Assembly: GCF_006345805.1 (NCBI RefSeq)
Contig: NC_042997.1
Span: 59,148,001-59,212,000, forward strand
Direction: 5' to 3'
Length of the DNA stretch: 64,000 nt
Source: Octopus sinensis
Taxonomy: Eukaryota
Below are positions 1 through 14,000 of the stretch, piece after piece; position 1 is the stretch's first letter; each line of letters starts with the position of its first letter. The position numbers and the translations under genes are program-made. Below the pieces are notes generated by a model. The model was not told the origin of the DNA, did no database searches, and saw nothing but the letters and a program-made list of their open reading frames with translations.

Positions 1-160
1 TACACATATACATAAATATATACACATATATATACACATATACATAAATATATACACATATATGTATATATATATACATACGCATATATATATATATATA
101 CGCATATATATATATATATACACACACAATATACATACATACTTGCACACATATATATCA
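1..160. repeat. (TA)n/(TATACACA)n compound microsatellite
   Basis: Alternating TA/CA low-complexity run at the window start. Confidence 0.9.
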
Positions 161-929
161 ACAGGCTATAGCAAAATTTTTCACCATCCTGAAAGGTCAC
201 AGTTTAAGTTCTGTTGTGATAAGTTATAAGTTAAAATTGATCTCATTAGCTTTTGACAAGATTTAAACTATCAAACCATAAAACTACAGGCTTTGAAATT
301 GTAACTAATAAGTATCAATTCTAGTGTTCTTCCCACTGCATTTGCTTGATCCCACCAAGCTTCCGTTGTTTTAGAATTGCCATATAATCACTAGAATTGA
401 AAAAGATTAATGATGGTCTATATTAGCAGTGATTGTTATGGTAGTGTTAAGAAAGCACTAATATCACCCAACACACTGTTACCTCTGTCTTTGATATATG
501 TTCTTTTTCAATACAATTAGAATATTGCATGTATAAAAAAAAGTTAATTTCAGCATTGAGACAAATTTTAAGCTCTTTCCACATTGCCCACAATCTTATA
601 TATATTGCATGCATTTATGCAAAAAATTCCATAGATTCTCGTTGCTTACTATCCTGATGAAGAAAATCTGAAAATTCAGTAGGTAACATTTGATGTAGTA
701 ATTTATATAACCCTCACCAATTAGTAACACCCACCCCACTTAATGACTACTGCTGCATTCTCTCCACTAATACCATATTGCAACTATAATTCTATTCCTC
801 TTATATTACTTACCCATTCTCATGCCTCCCTAGAATCATCACCCGCTCTGTCTTCTACTCTCCCTCAGTTATAGGGGCCATTCTGAGCCCTTAGTCTTGC
901 AAGTTACAAGGCAATCTTCTCTAGTCCTG

Positions 930-1105
930 GTACCATGAAAAAAAGCACTTGGAACATTTTGTAAAGTGGTTGGCATAAGGAAAGACATCCAGCGATAGAA
1001 TCCATGCTAAAGCAGACACTGGAAAATGACACACTGCTCTAACTCTCAGATCCTATTGAACCAATACATGCCAGTGTGGAAGCCAAACATTAAACGATAA
1101 CAATG
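930..1105 (+). mobile_element. Degenerate RTE-LINE 3'-tail copy
   Basis: aaaagcact...gtggttggcataaggaaagacatccagc...catgccagtgtggaa matches the 3' UTR of the RTE copy at 20409-21186. Confidence 0.65.
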
Positions 1106-1829
1106 ATGCCAATAGTTCAACAGAATGCATAATTAGATAACTGACACTATTACACTAACAGTAAGAAAAAAATGCAGATGATTAAACACTAATAATCTAT
1201 GAAATCAGTCCTAAATATATTTCTCGCTCTCTCTTTTAGAATGTTTTTTCCGATCCTACTGTTGATTTTCTATTTACTTTTTAAAAGTTTCATTGCTCCA
1301 CAAATGTCTGAGGTCAATGCATGAGAGCAAGGGATGTAACTCTGAAAATTCATAATCATTTACTTCAATGTTTTATAGTGTTCCAAGAAAATTTGATGTA
1401 CAAGATTAGGCGTTCTTTAAATTTTTTTTCAAATTCATTCATTTTTAAAATGGTACAGCAATTTTTTTCTATATATTAATAAATTTTCTAAAACAGTTGT
1501 TTGCTTCACTTCATCCCTTATTAATATTGGGTAGCAGGATTTGTCTGAAAAAAAATATAGGTATGGATTCCATAATCTTTGGAAAATCATATAGTTCTAT
1601 GAAGAAAATAGTTTAGGAACCACAGATCTACTCCACACTAACATAGGTTTTTGATTACAGTCATATACCATTTATGTTATGAATACTGAAAATTGATTTA
1701 GAAAGAAACTTTAGAGGCATGTTAGCTATTGCTCTAGTACCCTTCTATCAATGAAAATTTACAGCAGCTCCTAAAGAATCATGTTATTTCAGTGTAATAG
1801 AGTATTTGCTTTGAGAAGACCTTGCAAAC

Positions 1830-2232
1830 CAAATGAGATCGTAGCCATGGCCTAGGCCAGTGTGGCATAACTGGCCTATTTAAAAGTACTCTTCAATCAT
1901 CAGGCAATAATGCTGTGCTTGAGAAGACCTTAAGTCAAGTGAAATTGTTGTCATGGCCAATGCCAGTACCACCTGACTGCCATCCATGCCAGTGGTTTGT
2001 AAAAAGCACCATTCGAGCATGGTTGATGCCAGTGCCGCCTGACTGGCCCCCATGCCGGTAGTACATAAAAAGAACCCACTACACTTTCAGAGTGGTTGGT
2101 GTTAGGAATGGCATCCAGCTGTAGAAACCTTGCCAGATCAGATCGGAGCTTGGTGCAGCCTCCTCGCTTGCCAGTCCTCAGTCAAATCGTCCAACCCATG
2201 CCAGCATGGAAAGTAGACGTTAAACGATGATG
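1830..2232 (+). mobile_element. RTE-LINE 3' UTR copy with (GAT)n tail
   Basis: taaaaagcacc repeats, gtggttggtgttaggaatggcatccagc, ccaacccatgccagcatggaaa, gatgatg end; same family as 20409-21186. Confidence 0.8.
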
Positions 2233-2254
2233 TTGCCATTCCAATATAGACTGG

Positions 2255-2552
2255 CACTCCATTGGTTACAAATATTCCAATTGATCCAATCAATGGGACA
2301 GCCTGCTTGTGAAATTAACACACGTGGCTGAGCACTCCAGACACATATTCCCTTAACATAGCTCTCAAGGAAATTCAGCATGACACAATGTGACAAGGCT
2401 GGTTCTTTGAAATATAAGTAGTATTCACTTTTACTAGGTGAGAAGACTGGAACAATGTGAAATAAAGTGTCTTGCTCAAGGATACGCTGATGGAAATTGA
2501 ACTCACTATCTTACAATTGTGAGCTGAATACCCTAAGCCACAAACCAAGCCA
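2255..2552 (-). mobile_element. tRNA-derived SINE (family B), degenerate
   Basis: Reverse complement of the head seen at 17441 (cttgagcaagacacttta, ctcacaat, gagttcaatt). Confidence 0.55.
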
Positions 2553-4871
2553 TTATCACTTTATAAACAAGGATTTTAAAGTAGCATAGCATACATGGTT
2601 AAAGTGATGTGCTGGAGTTAAGTTATAAAGTTGCTTTGTTTCAGAGTTAATGACACATGAATGGTTCAGATTTTCTTCCAAAATATATGAAAATAAATTA
2701 ATAAAAGCAGGATTAAAATCATAATAGTTTATAAGTTTTGATATTTTATTTTACAAAACAACTCCCTAGTTCCAACAAGTCTACTTCACACTATTGATTT
2801 TCTGAACTTCTTTCCATACTATGAACACAAAAAGTATTTAAAAAATAAAATAAATGACTTTGAATTTTATAACAACTTTCTGCAAACAGAAAGATAACTT
2901 TAATTCTTTAAATTTAACAAATAGACACACACACCCTCAAAAAACTTTAATATATAATCCAATACTCAGAAGAAAGTTTTAAGTATTTCAATTGAGCATG
3001 AAGGGGTGACAAAATCAACTTTCTTAAAGAACCAATTAGATTATTCACTGCCAAGTCAGCATCATTTCAGAGGCATCTTTAACAGATGTTGAATAGACAC
3101 ATTTCCAGAACAATTTTAGTCAAAAGCTTTTCAATGTGGTTTTAAAGTTTGCAACTAGAACAACCAGTCTGACAGTTTTAAGGTCCAATTTTTATCACCC
3201 CAACAAATATTGTTTACAAATACCAAACAGCTGCAAAGTTATTTGGATTTGTTACGAAGTGAAATAGTTTCTAAAGATATTTCTTTACAATAAATTTTCA
3301 TTCAGTACCAGAAAAAAAAAATACAACTAACTTTTGGTTGTCAGACGAAAATTGTTCTCAAAGCATGTCATGATTAAGTTTCTTTGATGAATGTATTAAA
3401 GATTCAAGTTATTTTTTTCCAGGAATGCTGATTTTTTTAGATAATGATGAGGAAATGTTACAATGAATCCTCTTCATTTGTCTCTAAATATCAACAAGAC
3501 TATCATATCAAGATGATAAAAATCACAGATCAACAAAATACAATTATATATCCCAAGACCAGCAATGCATTGGTAATGACCAATAACATTTTAGATACAC
3601 AACTTTTGTTTTTCACACCAATAACGTACACCGTGCTGAAATAATTGCAGCCAAATGGCTAACTCTGCAACTGTACAAATTTGTTGTAGATAGAATCAGC
3701 CATGTTTATAGTATCATATATATATTTCTGTAGCTATCAACAAAATTAGAATTAACTTTGGTAATATCATCAATGCTAGGGTTCTATTATGACACACCAG
3801 CTTTTGTTATTTCAATTTTAAAATTAATGATATTAAAATTAGTCATACATCATTACATTAGAATAATATAATTTACAACTAGTTTATAAAAAAATATCAA
3901 AGGAATGTTTAAGTTAAAATGACTAAAAAAAAGCCAAATAAAAAGCACCAAAATAAATAAGAACTGTATGAAAACACGAAATTATATTCACCAAATACAA
4001 AACCTATTGTATCAACAGATTTTTATATCTAGACCTAAAAATAATTGGTTTTTTTTTTGTTAATATACTTGATTAATACTGAAAGGTTAACAAGGGAGGT
4101 AACTCTACAGTCTTCGGCATTTGTGGAACGAAGTTTTAAGCAGAAATATTAAGATAACCTAGTTCGGAGAACTTTTTAGTGAGGGAAAATATTTCCTAAT
4201 TAACATGTGATATTTGATCCTTTCCATTCCAAAAATGGTCTAACAAATACTTAAACAAAATTTAGGTTATTCTTTAATTCTACACTAAACTTATGCACCA
4301 AAAGTAAATCTATGTAAAATGACACAATGAACTAAAGTTTTTGCTTTTTTATAGTTTTCTATTCTTTTCACATAAGACCATTTAGAATTTAAACAAAGCA
4401 ATTGCCACTGTAAATCATACTTGGCTTGCAGAAGTATCATCAATAATTTAGTACCACCTTATGGTACTTGCAACAACAATAATAACAATACACGCCAATT
4501 GCTAATTCAAAACTATGAGCAATGGCAGAAACAGGCAAAAAGGAAAAGATAAACAAAATCAGCAATAACAAAGAACATAACAGTAAAACAGCAGACAATT
4601 TCAGCATAGCTCTAGTTTTGGCTACAGAAGTCTACAATGATGTGAAATCTTTCTATTCTAATGGTTTGATTCCTTTCATTTTGCTTTTATTGTTTGTTAC
4701 TTTTTGTTTTTTCCTTCTTCCCACTTTACTCATTTTTTTTTTAAATTTACTTTTATATTTTCATCTGATTGATGGGAAGCACAGAAAGAAAAAAATTCCA
4801 AGATGATATAAAAAAAAAAGAAAGTGTTAGCAGTTGGTCTTCAACTAAATTTCAACAGATTCACAATGACT

Positions 4872-5033
4872 TCAGAAAATGGGTATGTAGCTGTCGATTT
4901 TGGCTCGGTGGCGCTGTGCTACACATTCAGCAATCCAGATGATGTTGCGACACTCTTGTTCTTTGAGTTTCAAGAAAGAGTAAAAGACACCATATTGGAA
5001 CTGTTGCATGAAGGCATTCCTCATCAGCTTCAC
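4872..5033 (-). CDS. ATP6V0D1: ATP6V0D1 coding exon 8 (last), VKLMRNAF...SYIPIF*
   Basis: tttcag acceptor, TGA at 4874-4872. Confidence 0.97.
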   Translation of the reverse strand: MKLMRNAFMQQFQYGVFYSFLKLKEQECRNIIWIAECVAQRHRAKIDSYIPIF

Positions 5034-8000
5034 CTGAAACACATGCAATTGTAAAATATGTCACTTTACTTCATCCAACAGTTAAAACATTCAGATGTAA
5101 CTCAGACGTCAGTTAACTCGTACATTTTTCCTTCCTATATATAAAAGATCTGATCACCATTAACTCTAACAACACCTCATTATAACCCCATGCTCCTCTA
5201 AAACTAACATTGCCTTTCTTCCTCCCTAACTTCATCCCCATCACATAATTTCATTACCACATTTTCTGGCATACAAGTCAAATTTTTCAGACTAAGATTT
5301 ACAATGAAAAAACGTAAGGTGACTTTTACACCAAGGCAACTTTAGAGGACTATACATTCCATGTGAAATACAGCAGGGTTTTGTAATATAGTGACAATGT
5401 TTGACTGCTTACACTATATACATCAACATGTACACCAGAAAATATGGTGTGCCAAACTAAGCAAGATAACTTCCATAAATAACCTACAAAATGTCCTCCA
5501 AAATGCAAATGTTACATATCTGAACAAAATTTAACCACAAGAATACGTTCACACTATGAGCTAAAAATTTTTTTAAATATAATAACCCTGCATTTTCTGA
5601 TTACACTTGTTGAAATAATACATTTAGGTAAGAGTATATAACAAAAGCTAATACATTTTCCAAACCACAAATTTCTGCCCCGAACAATAACTGCTTGAGA
5701 ATTTCCATATTCATCCTACACTAGCAAACAGCTTACACTTCAGGAATAGTGTACCATCACACACATGCATAATTCCTGAAATGCTTGGAGAAAAAAAAAG
5801 AAATAAAGAGTACTCATCCTATGAATAAACATTTACTCACACCAACATTCTTCAATCAATGGTTTATCATCAAGCTGTTACTTTTATCACTACTGCAACA
5901 GTCTCTGCTCCAAGGAAATTGATAGTATATCATCTCCATTTACTTGTTTCACTAACCTTCTCTCCCATCTGTCAAATATACCCCACATCCTAAATGTTTG
6001 TTTAGTATGTCATCTCCAGAATAACCACCTGAACTGCATTTTTGTCTTAAAAACTATATAGCTTCAAAATGTTGAAACTTATGAGTAACTATAAATAACT
6101 TCAGCTTCCATTCTTTTTCTCCAATCTAAGCCACTCATATTAGTCTAAGTAAATTTTGAAGAAACAAACAAAAAGGAAAACACACACAAAAAGGTGCTAA
6201 ATCAAAGAAAAACCTTGGTCATAAAAAATTACCTCATATTCAAAAAAACGATCTTCTAGAGTTTTTTCACCAGCATTTACTCCAACTCCTTCAAATAATT
6301 CTTTGTATACCTATAAAAATAACAGGAATATTGAAAATACAATAATAAAATTTAGCAAAATTAGTAACCATATTAAAGGCTTAAATGAAAACATAGGTTT
6401 GTAAACATTCATAGCACAATGGTTATTTTTTTTTTTGTGTATCTCTCAAATCTTTCCACTTTTTTATGCAGTCTTGTGTATTCTGTATTACTTCTCAACT
6501 CATCAAAATAAGAGGAATCCAACAATGAGCAAGACAGCAAATGGATCATAACTTGGATAGTTTCACAGTCACAGAAAGAGCATACAACACTATACTCCCA
6601 TTTTACTTTGGTGTCTCAGGTTAAGCCAAAGCTAACACAGAGTTAGGGTTTTAAAACTTGTTCCATGCAGACAGCCCTTTGAAAAATCTCTGCTAGTTCT
6701 TTCAATATATCTGGCAAAGTAAGATGTGGCACAGATAAGAAATAATAGTTATGACTGCAGTTCTCAATTATCTATATTTTTTAGATTATTTAGAGTTTGG
6801 TTACTGACCTTGCTCATATTTTATTTCTAGAAGTTAGTCAGGGAAGGAAATGATGTACCCATATCTTTGTAGGCCTTCTCAGACTGCTAAAATCTAATGT
6901 GCAAGCTTGAACATTCATTGATCAAGAACAGATATCATGTAGTAGTGATAAAAGAGAGAAAACTGCACATCAGTAAGTAGTTCCAGTGTGCTGGTGAGTG
7001 AAAAACTTCCAATAATTCAAAGAGTCTTCTTTTAGATGTGATCTAGAATGTCAATATTTACATCACCAGCACCACCATCCCTGACATGTGAGCAATACTC
7101 GAAGGTTAGTTTACTTGAACTTTGTTGAGAAACAGTAACTGATCACAGTTGTCAGTTTAGTGATGCTATATAGATGGGAGAGCCATGAGAAATCAAAAAT
7201 CAAGAAGCCAAGCATTTGTTGCAACTTCGTGATGTACATAACTACAGAGGTAATATGTGAGTCTGTATAAAGATATATGTAGCAACCATGTTTGTTGTAT
7301 TGAAAGAGATTACATTTTGATGTCATCATTGAATAATGTTCTTGAGGTTACTGTTCATGGAGCTCAAGCAAGTTTGGTGCAAGGTTTTTATATCTGCTTG
7401 ATTTGGGATGACCTGGGACTAAACATACTTTTAAGTAATGCAATTAACAGCTAATTGTAGCTTTGAAAAAAATAGTCAAAACTAATTTCCATTTTTTTAA
7501 GTGACATTCTTCAGCAGTCAGAGGTGACAGAGCTAGATCACATAGCAAATGGTGAAAGATGACACATAGAAGATAGGATGGATGGTATACTGATATTTCA
7601 ATTACAATAATATTGATGTTTTTGATAAGTAAAAATGAAGCCAAACTACTTACTGCATAATAATCTGCAACAGCTCGTACTTGTTCATAATCATCTGCTC
7701 TGCCTAGCATATTAAGGCCATCAGGGTACAGTTTACCCAAACGTGGATACAACTTAGCACGATCTTCTTTGGTTAGCTCTGTCCCAAACGAATTAATGGT
7801 AATAACAAAGGCTCTTCTATCAGCTTCAAACTGCAAAATACACAAAGTAAAATGTCACACACAGTTACTTTTTGTTTCATTTTTATTGATATTGTTATTG
7901 TCTTTTCCAGTTTTGAGTTCATTTTGCAATTGTATTTTCTATTATTGTAATCACATTTTATGTGGCTGGGGCAATTTCATAAATACATCGATAGTCAATT

Positions 8001-11000
8001 ATTGCTTTAATAAAAAATTTTTTTAATATTCTTAATTGAATTTGATATAGTTTTTTTTCCACTACAATCCTTATTTATCATCAATAATATATTCTCCTTC
8101 ATTGTTCAGGATTTCTTGCCAACATTCCACAATCCTATCAATGCCTTGATGGTAAAAATAACTGTCTTGATTCAAAGATAAAAAAATAAGGTTTAAATTA
8201 AATGGGGGTGGAAAAAATAATTCAAATGAATTTATCTGACAACCCAACAGCTTTTATTTTTTTCTCAATAACATAGCCTAATCTATCTCTTAGTCTAACT
8301 TAATTTTACTGCACAAGATCAGTCTCAGTTTTCATTTTTCTGGTGAAAGGGAAAGACAAAATAAGGTTTTCTATAACCAAAAGCTATCATAATTGCCCTG
8401 TTTTCAAAATAACCTTTAGTTTCACCCCATGTTTTTGTTCTTAAGGACTTCTTAACTTTTATATATAATATAAAGGCTGAAAAACAACCAATTAAGAAAT
8501 TGAAGAATACTTAAGGTCAGATAATCTATATCTTTAAGAATCCAGAGAATATTTTATGTTTTTGAACTGAAGTTAATATGTTATGTGCCATAACCTAATA
8601 ACTGATTGGCAAACTCTTGTTCACAAACACCAACCCATCAAGAGCACTGTATCCTCTCTACTTCTTTTATCACCACTAACTACACCTCCGAACTTGCATG
8701 CTATGTATCTTGTTACAGTTAACTAGCCTCTTTTCATAAACCTTTGTATTGAACATTTGAATCATTCCTTCTAGGACACCTTCCCTGCCCATATTTTCTC
8801 AGACAGATACCATGTGTGACAAAAGTTTAAGCTCAACATTAATAGCACCAATCTTCTGAACCTCTCAAGTTGCTCTTTCTCATCTCTAAATACTAATAAT
8901 AAACTGCATCTGTTGATCTCTTGAATTTAAACCTTACACTATCATTGTATTCTTTCTCAAAGAAAGGTACATAATCCTACCTTAAGTCTAGTTGACTAGT
9001 GGTACCACATCAAAACTTATATCAATATGAGCATTTAGTGGTAGAAAGGATATTTAGCTCTAACAATATGCAATCCACCCTACCCATTTAAACAGAGAAA
9101 ACTGAATAGGAAAAGAGAAAAAAAAACATTAACTTATAAGGTATAAAAATTAAAAAGCCCTTAAAACAAAAGTATATGGTGAGATTAAATGAAGGTTATT
9201 TCGAAAATATAGAGCAACCATGGCAAATGACTGTTCCCATCACTGATTTTTATTTTTATTTAGCCTACATCATCCTTGGTGTTCTTTTTAAGAAGTTTGT
9301 AGGGTTTGATTTAAGAAGGATTTGGTTTCTACATCTAGCAAGCTGTGTGACAATGTAGAGGCTTCTTTGTTAGCTCTATTGTTAAAACCTGCATCAACCT
9401 TAGTCAAAGAAATCTATAGCACACATATGGATGGTAATATTAATAACAGATGAGGTATTGACCAATTTCAAGGGTCATGAGTTTGTATCAGTTACAAGTG
9501 TTTTGTTGCATCTCTGGCAAAGACAGTAAATTCTCCAGTCTTTCAGTTTCAGTAACTGGATAGCAGATCCAAAACATTTTATGAAGAAACTAAGATTGTC
9601 CCAAACCATGCAATAAGCTAGCCAGTAAGTTCCTCCTTAGATTTGGCATGATGGAGGATAGAATAGATTCTCCTGGGAGTGAAATGAAGGAAACAAAGAA
9701 CAGGTAGGGGGATCTTGGCGTCTTGATCGACAAAGGGCTGACCTTCAGGAACCACAGAAACCAAGCAACTGCAAAAGCAAATCGAATACTTGGAGTCATC
9801 CGACAATCATTTGACTTCATCACCCATGTTATCTTCGTCCAGTTGTACAAGTCTCTAGTTCACCCAATTCTTGAATATGGACACACAGTTTCAAAACCCC
9901 GGCATAAGGCAATGTGTTGTGAGTTGCAGGATGTTCAGAGGTGTGCCACCAAACTCATTGCATCCTTGAAAAAAAAGCCATACCCAGAGTGCTTGACTGC
10001 ACTAATCCTGCCTAGTCTCAAACATCGCTGTCTCAGTGGGGATATGATCAACATGTATAAGTATAAGCACAGCCTGTACCTGACCAACTACCCCTAATTC
10101 AACTACTTCCAAGGCAAAAATACAAGACACAGCCTGAAATTAGAAAGATCACACTGTAGGCTCAACATTAGAAGCTGCTTTTTCGTACAGCATATGACCA
10201 CCTCCTGGAACAATCTGCCAAACAGTGTGGTCACACTCCATCAGTCAATGCCTTCAAGAACAGGCTTGACAAACACTGGAGGGAGCTTCCTGCAAAATTT
10301 GACCTTGTCTGTTACTATCAGCTACAACTGTCGAAGTGTTGTACCACACGACAAATTAATTGTACTAGTGGAAAAGGACCTACGAACAAGCTCCTAGTAT
10401 CTTCAACACAGAAACCATCCAGTATTGTTACAATGCTACTAAAGTTAAGGCTTAACTAGGATTAGTTCCATACTTAGAAATTAGAACAACAATAACTCAG
10501 AATTAAATGGGTTGGCATTAAGACATGCATCCAGCCATAAAACTGCTTCAAAAAGTCCCGCTCAACCTATGCCAGTTCAGCAAATTGGATGTAAAAATGT
10601 TGATGATTTATACATGAGTATGTGAAATTTACTTAAAATCTTGTTTAGTGATTTCTTGAGATCAAGATTTGACAAGGGTGATTGTAGACTAGCAAAAAAA
10701 AAAAAAAGTATTTTTTTTAAAGGTATTTCAATATTGAAAATGTGATTTTAATTGTAGTAATAGCTGAGTCACATAACTGCTCACTACAAAATCACTGGTT
10801 TTTAACATAACTGCAGATTGGGCTGATTTAGCTTTAATAGTAGTCAACAAGAATGATCATCATTCTAATAAGAAATACCCACAAACTCTTGCACAACCTA
10901 TTTCCAACAAAATAACAAAAGCAATGCCAAAAATAGACTATGCAAATAAAATGTGGATTCCACAAGCCACATCATAGTCTATTCATGTAGGAAACTGTAA

Positions 11001-14000
11001 CTATGAATAAGAGTTGACAATAAGAACTAATACAGGGTAGAAGCATTCCCTATAGCCAGTACCATGATAAAATGCATCCAGACAAAACTAAGATTACATT
11101 ATAATCAAGTTGGTTGGTATTCTCAATTGTTGTATGAGCCAGATGATTCAACTACAAAACTTTGCAAACATATAGCAGCATGGAAGAAAAGATATAAAAT
11201 GATGAGGAATTCTTCAAATGTATGATGAAAAAAATACAAGGCATTTCAGACAGAAAACATACAATTGCCCATAGAACAGAGGTTGTTGATAATCTTAATC
11301 CATGAATCAGAAGATCTAAAGAATCAATCACATTGTAACCATGTAATGTATTCAAGATATTTAATAATACTTTGTATAAAAATATACTTACTTCAAGAGC
11401 TTCACACATAACCTCAGCTGTGGCACCACCAAGTTCTTTACAGAAGTTATAGAAGTCTTCAAGATATGCCTTTAAATTAATACATTAAAGCTGAATATAA
11501 TGAAGTCACAAAATCTTTAATGTACATGTGGAAATGAAATATACTTTAAAACTAAAAAGCACATGTTATTGAGTAACTTTGATCAACTCTAAACAATAAT
11601 TTCACACAAAAATAAGAATTCAAATAGCTAAGAGTAATCTGAGAGAGAGTCAAGTTCAACAAGTATTACAACTAAAGTACTTAGCTTCATCCATATCAGT
11701 CCTCATATCAACTTGGAACACATAAGAGTAATATTGGTTTTAAATTTTAGCACAAGGCCAGCAATTTCAAGAGAAGGGATAAATCGATTACATCAACCCC
11801 AGTACTCAACTGGTACTTATTGACCCCAAAAGGATAAAAGGCAAAGTCGGCCCCAGCAGCATTTGAACTCAGAACAAAGTCGGAAGAAATGCCACTAAGT
11901 ATTTTGTCTGGTGTAGTAACAATTCTGCCAGCTCACTGCCTCACACAAGAGCAATATTGATAACAGCTCATAAGGAAACCTTTTTAGATTAGAAGATCAT
12001 GGAGTATTAATGTGATTGGTGAAACTAACAAGTTACATAGTACAATTAGTTCTTAGAATGAAACAATGTATGCTGCAGGATTATATTGAAAAATATGAGA
12101 TGAGATTTTTGATAGGAGTGGCTGCAAGATACATCTCTCAGGTGCTTTGGGAAGCATCATCAGTAATCTAGGATGTTTTGGACTAGTCAACATTCAGTAA
12201 TGCAACATATGGCACCCAACCTTTACTAACCAGTGATTCCAAACCCAACCAGAGCATCACAGACTGATTGACCTGCAAACTCCCAGCAGCCCACTTCAAT
12301 TGGCTCACAGTGAGCCCACCAGTTTCAGCTTCTGCACTGCTCCCTCTTCCTAGTGTTTGATAAGCTTACACTTGTGAGCTTCTACTAAGAGTCCTTCCCA
12401 GGGAACAAAATTCCTAGTTGTCTATAAATGAGAGGTTATGGATACATTCTTGAGTCCATAAATGAGAGGGTGCACAGAATCAATCAGATTGTGACTACAA
12501 ATAATGGTTTATTCAAAGTATATTCTAATAACCTCAGTTAACTTGACTGGACAATATATACCATACCTACTTTATAAATAAGTAACATGTAAGGGATATC
12601 TAGCAATAAAACTAAGAATTGCTCTAGTCATTTGATCAGATGTTTAAACGCGCAAAAGTATTGCATTAAAACAAAGAGTTGAATGAAAAAAGAATTAAAA
12701 AGAAAAGAAAAAAGGAATTAAAACAAAAAAAAACAATATATTTACCTTGTAGAGAGTATTTCTTATGATTTCAACATTCATTTCATCAAGATCTTGTTCA
12801 GAAATACAATCAATGAAATATGGTGCTGAAAACAGACAAGTAGTAGTAATTGTAGTAATAATCAGGACTACACTCTCCAATGTCACCACAATCTCATTGC
12901 TATCAACATACTCCAACATGCTACCCATGTACCATTCCCACATAAATCCATATAAATAATCTCATGCACATGTATCTTTTACAATGATAAGCAGTGAATG
13001 AATATGAATAACTTAGAACCCTGCACTCATATAGGCATGTAATACAAATGGATCTAATCTGTTAGAGAGCATCTTGTATCGACCACTTGAATATTTCATC
13101 ATTATCATTTAGCATCCATTTTTCATACTAGCATAGGTAAAACACTATAACTGGGGCTGCTAAACTGTACCATGCTCCAGTTTGTTTTGGCTTAATTTTT
13201 AAAGCTGGATGCCCTTCCTAATGCCAACCACTCCATAGAGTGTACTGAGTGCTTTTTATGTATCACCAGCATGAGTGTTTTTACATGTCGCTGACAAGGG
13301 TGCCTTTCACGGATCACCCACATAGATGCCTTTCACGAGTCGCCCGCACAGATGCCTTTCACGAGTCACCCGCATAGATGCCTTTTACGAATCACTTGCA
13401 TAGATGCCTTTTATGAGTCACCCACACAGGTGCCTTTTATGAGTCACCCACACAGGTGTCTTTTACGAGTCACCAGCACAAGTGCTTTTTATGTGCCACC
13501 AGCAAAAGAAATGAGAATTGCTAGACTTACCAAGAGGGGTGTCAACCAAGACAGCATTGTAGAGTTCAGCTGGAGTGGAAGCAATATGGATGGCTTCCAT
13601 CTGTTCAAAACTTCCCAGTGGATGGCTCTTGGGAATCAGTTCAGAAATTGGTCGCTGATGAACAGTACCAGTAATTAATAGAGTGATGTTGTCAATCATG
13701 TAGCTGTACCTGAAACAGAAACAAATCAATTACCTATTGCATTCACTGAATGCCTTATGACCATACTCACTAGTAACAACACATAGCCAACACCATTAAC
13801 ACCATCACAAAGAATATTTTTCAAATTAATATAGGGCAGTGATTCTCTAACTGTATACTGGAAGGGCTAACTAGGAGCAACTCAGATTTTTAAAATATAA
13901 CTGAAGGCTTTAGAAAATCTATACAAATGCTTCAGTATCTTTATAAATGCTACATTCATTATTTTTCCATGTTTATCACACATCTGATAAAACACAGGTA

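Noticed and set aside
640-690. CTGATGA-agaaaatct-GAAAATTC hammerhead-like string
   Set aside because: Stem II is only 3 weak pairs and stem I does not pair in register; likely chance in AT-rich DNA.
4522-4806. 94-aa ORF with a hydrophobic stretch
   Set aside because: Antisense to the T/A-rich ATP6V0D1 3' UTR; hydrophobicity comes from T-runs.
4824-5054. Plus-strand ORFs over V-ATPase exons (also 7769-8026, 12765-12959, 27207-27437)
   Set aside because: They are antisense shadows of real minus-strand exons.
13250-13505. CRISPR-like periodicity
   Set aside because: Units are contiguous with no unique spacers, there are no cas genes, and the context is a eukaryotic intron.
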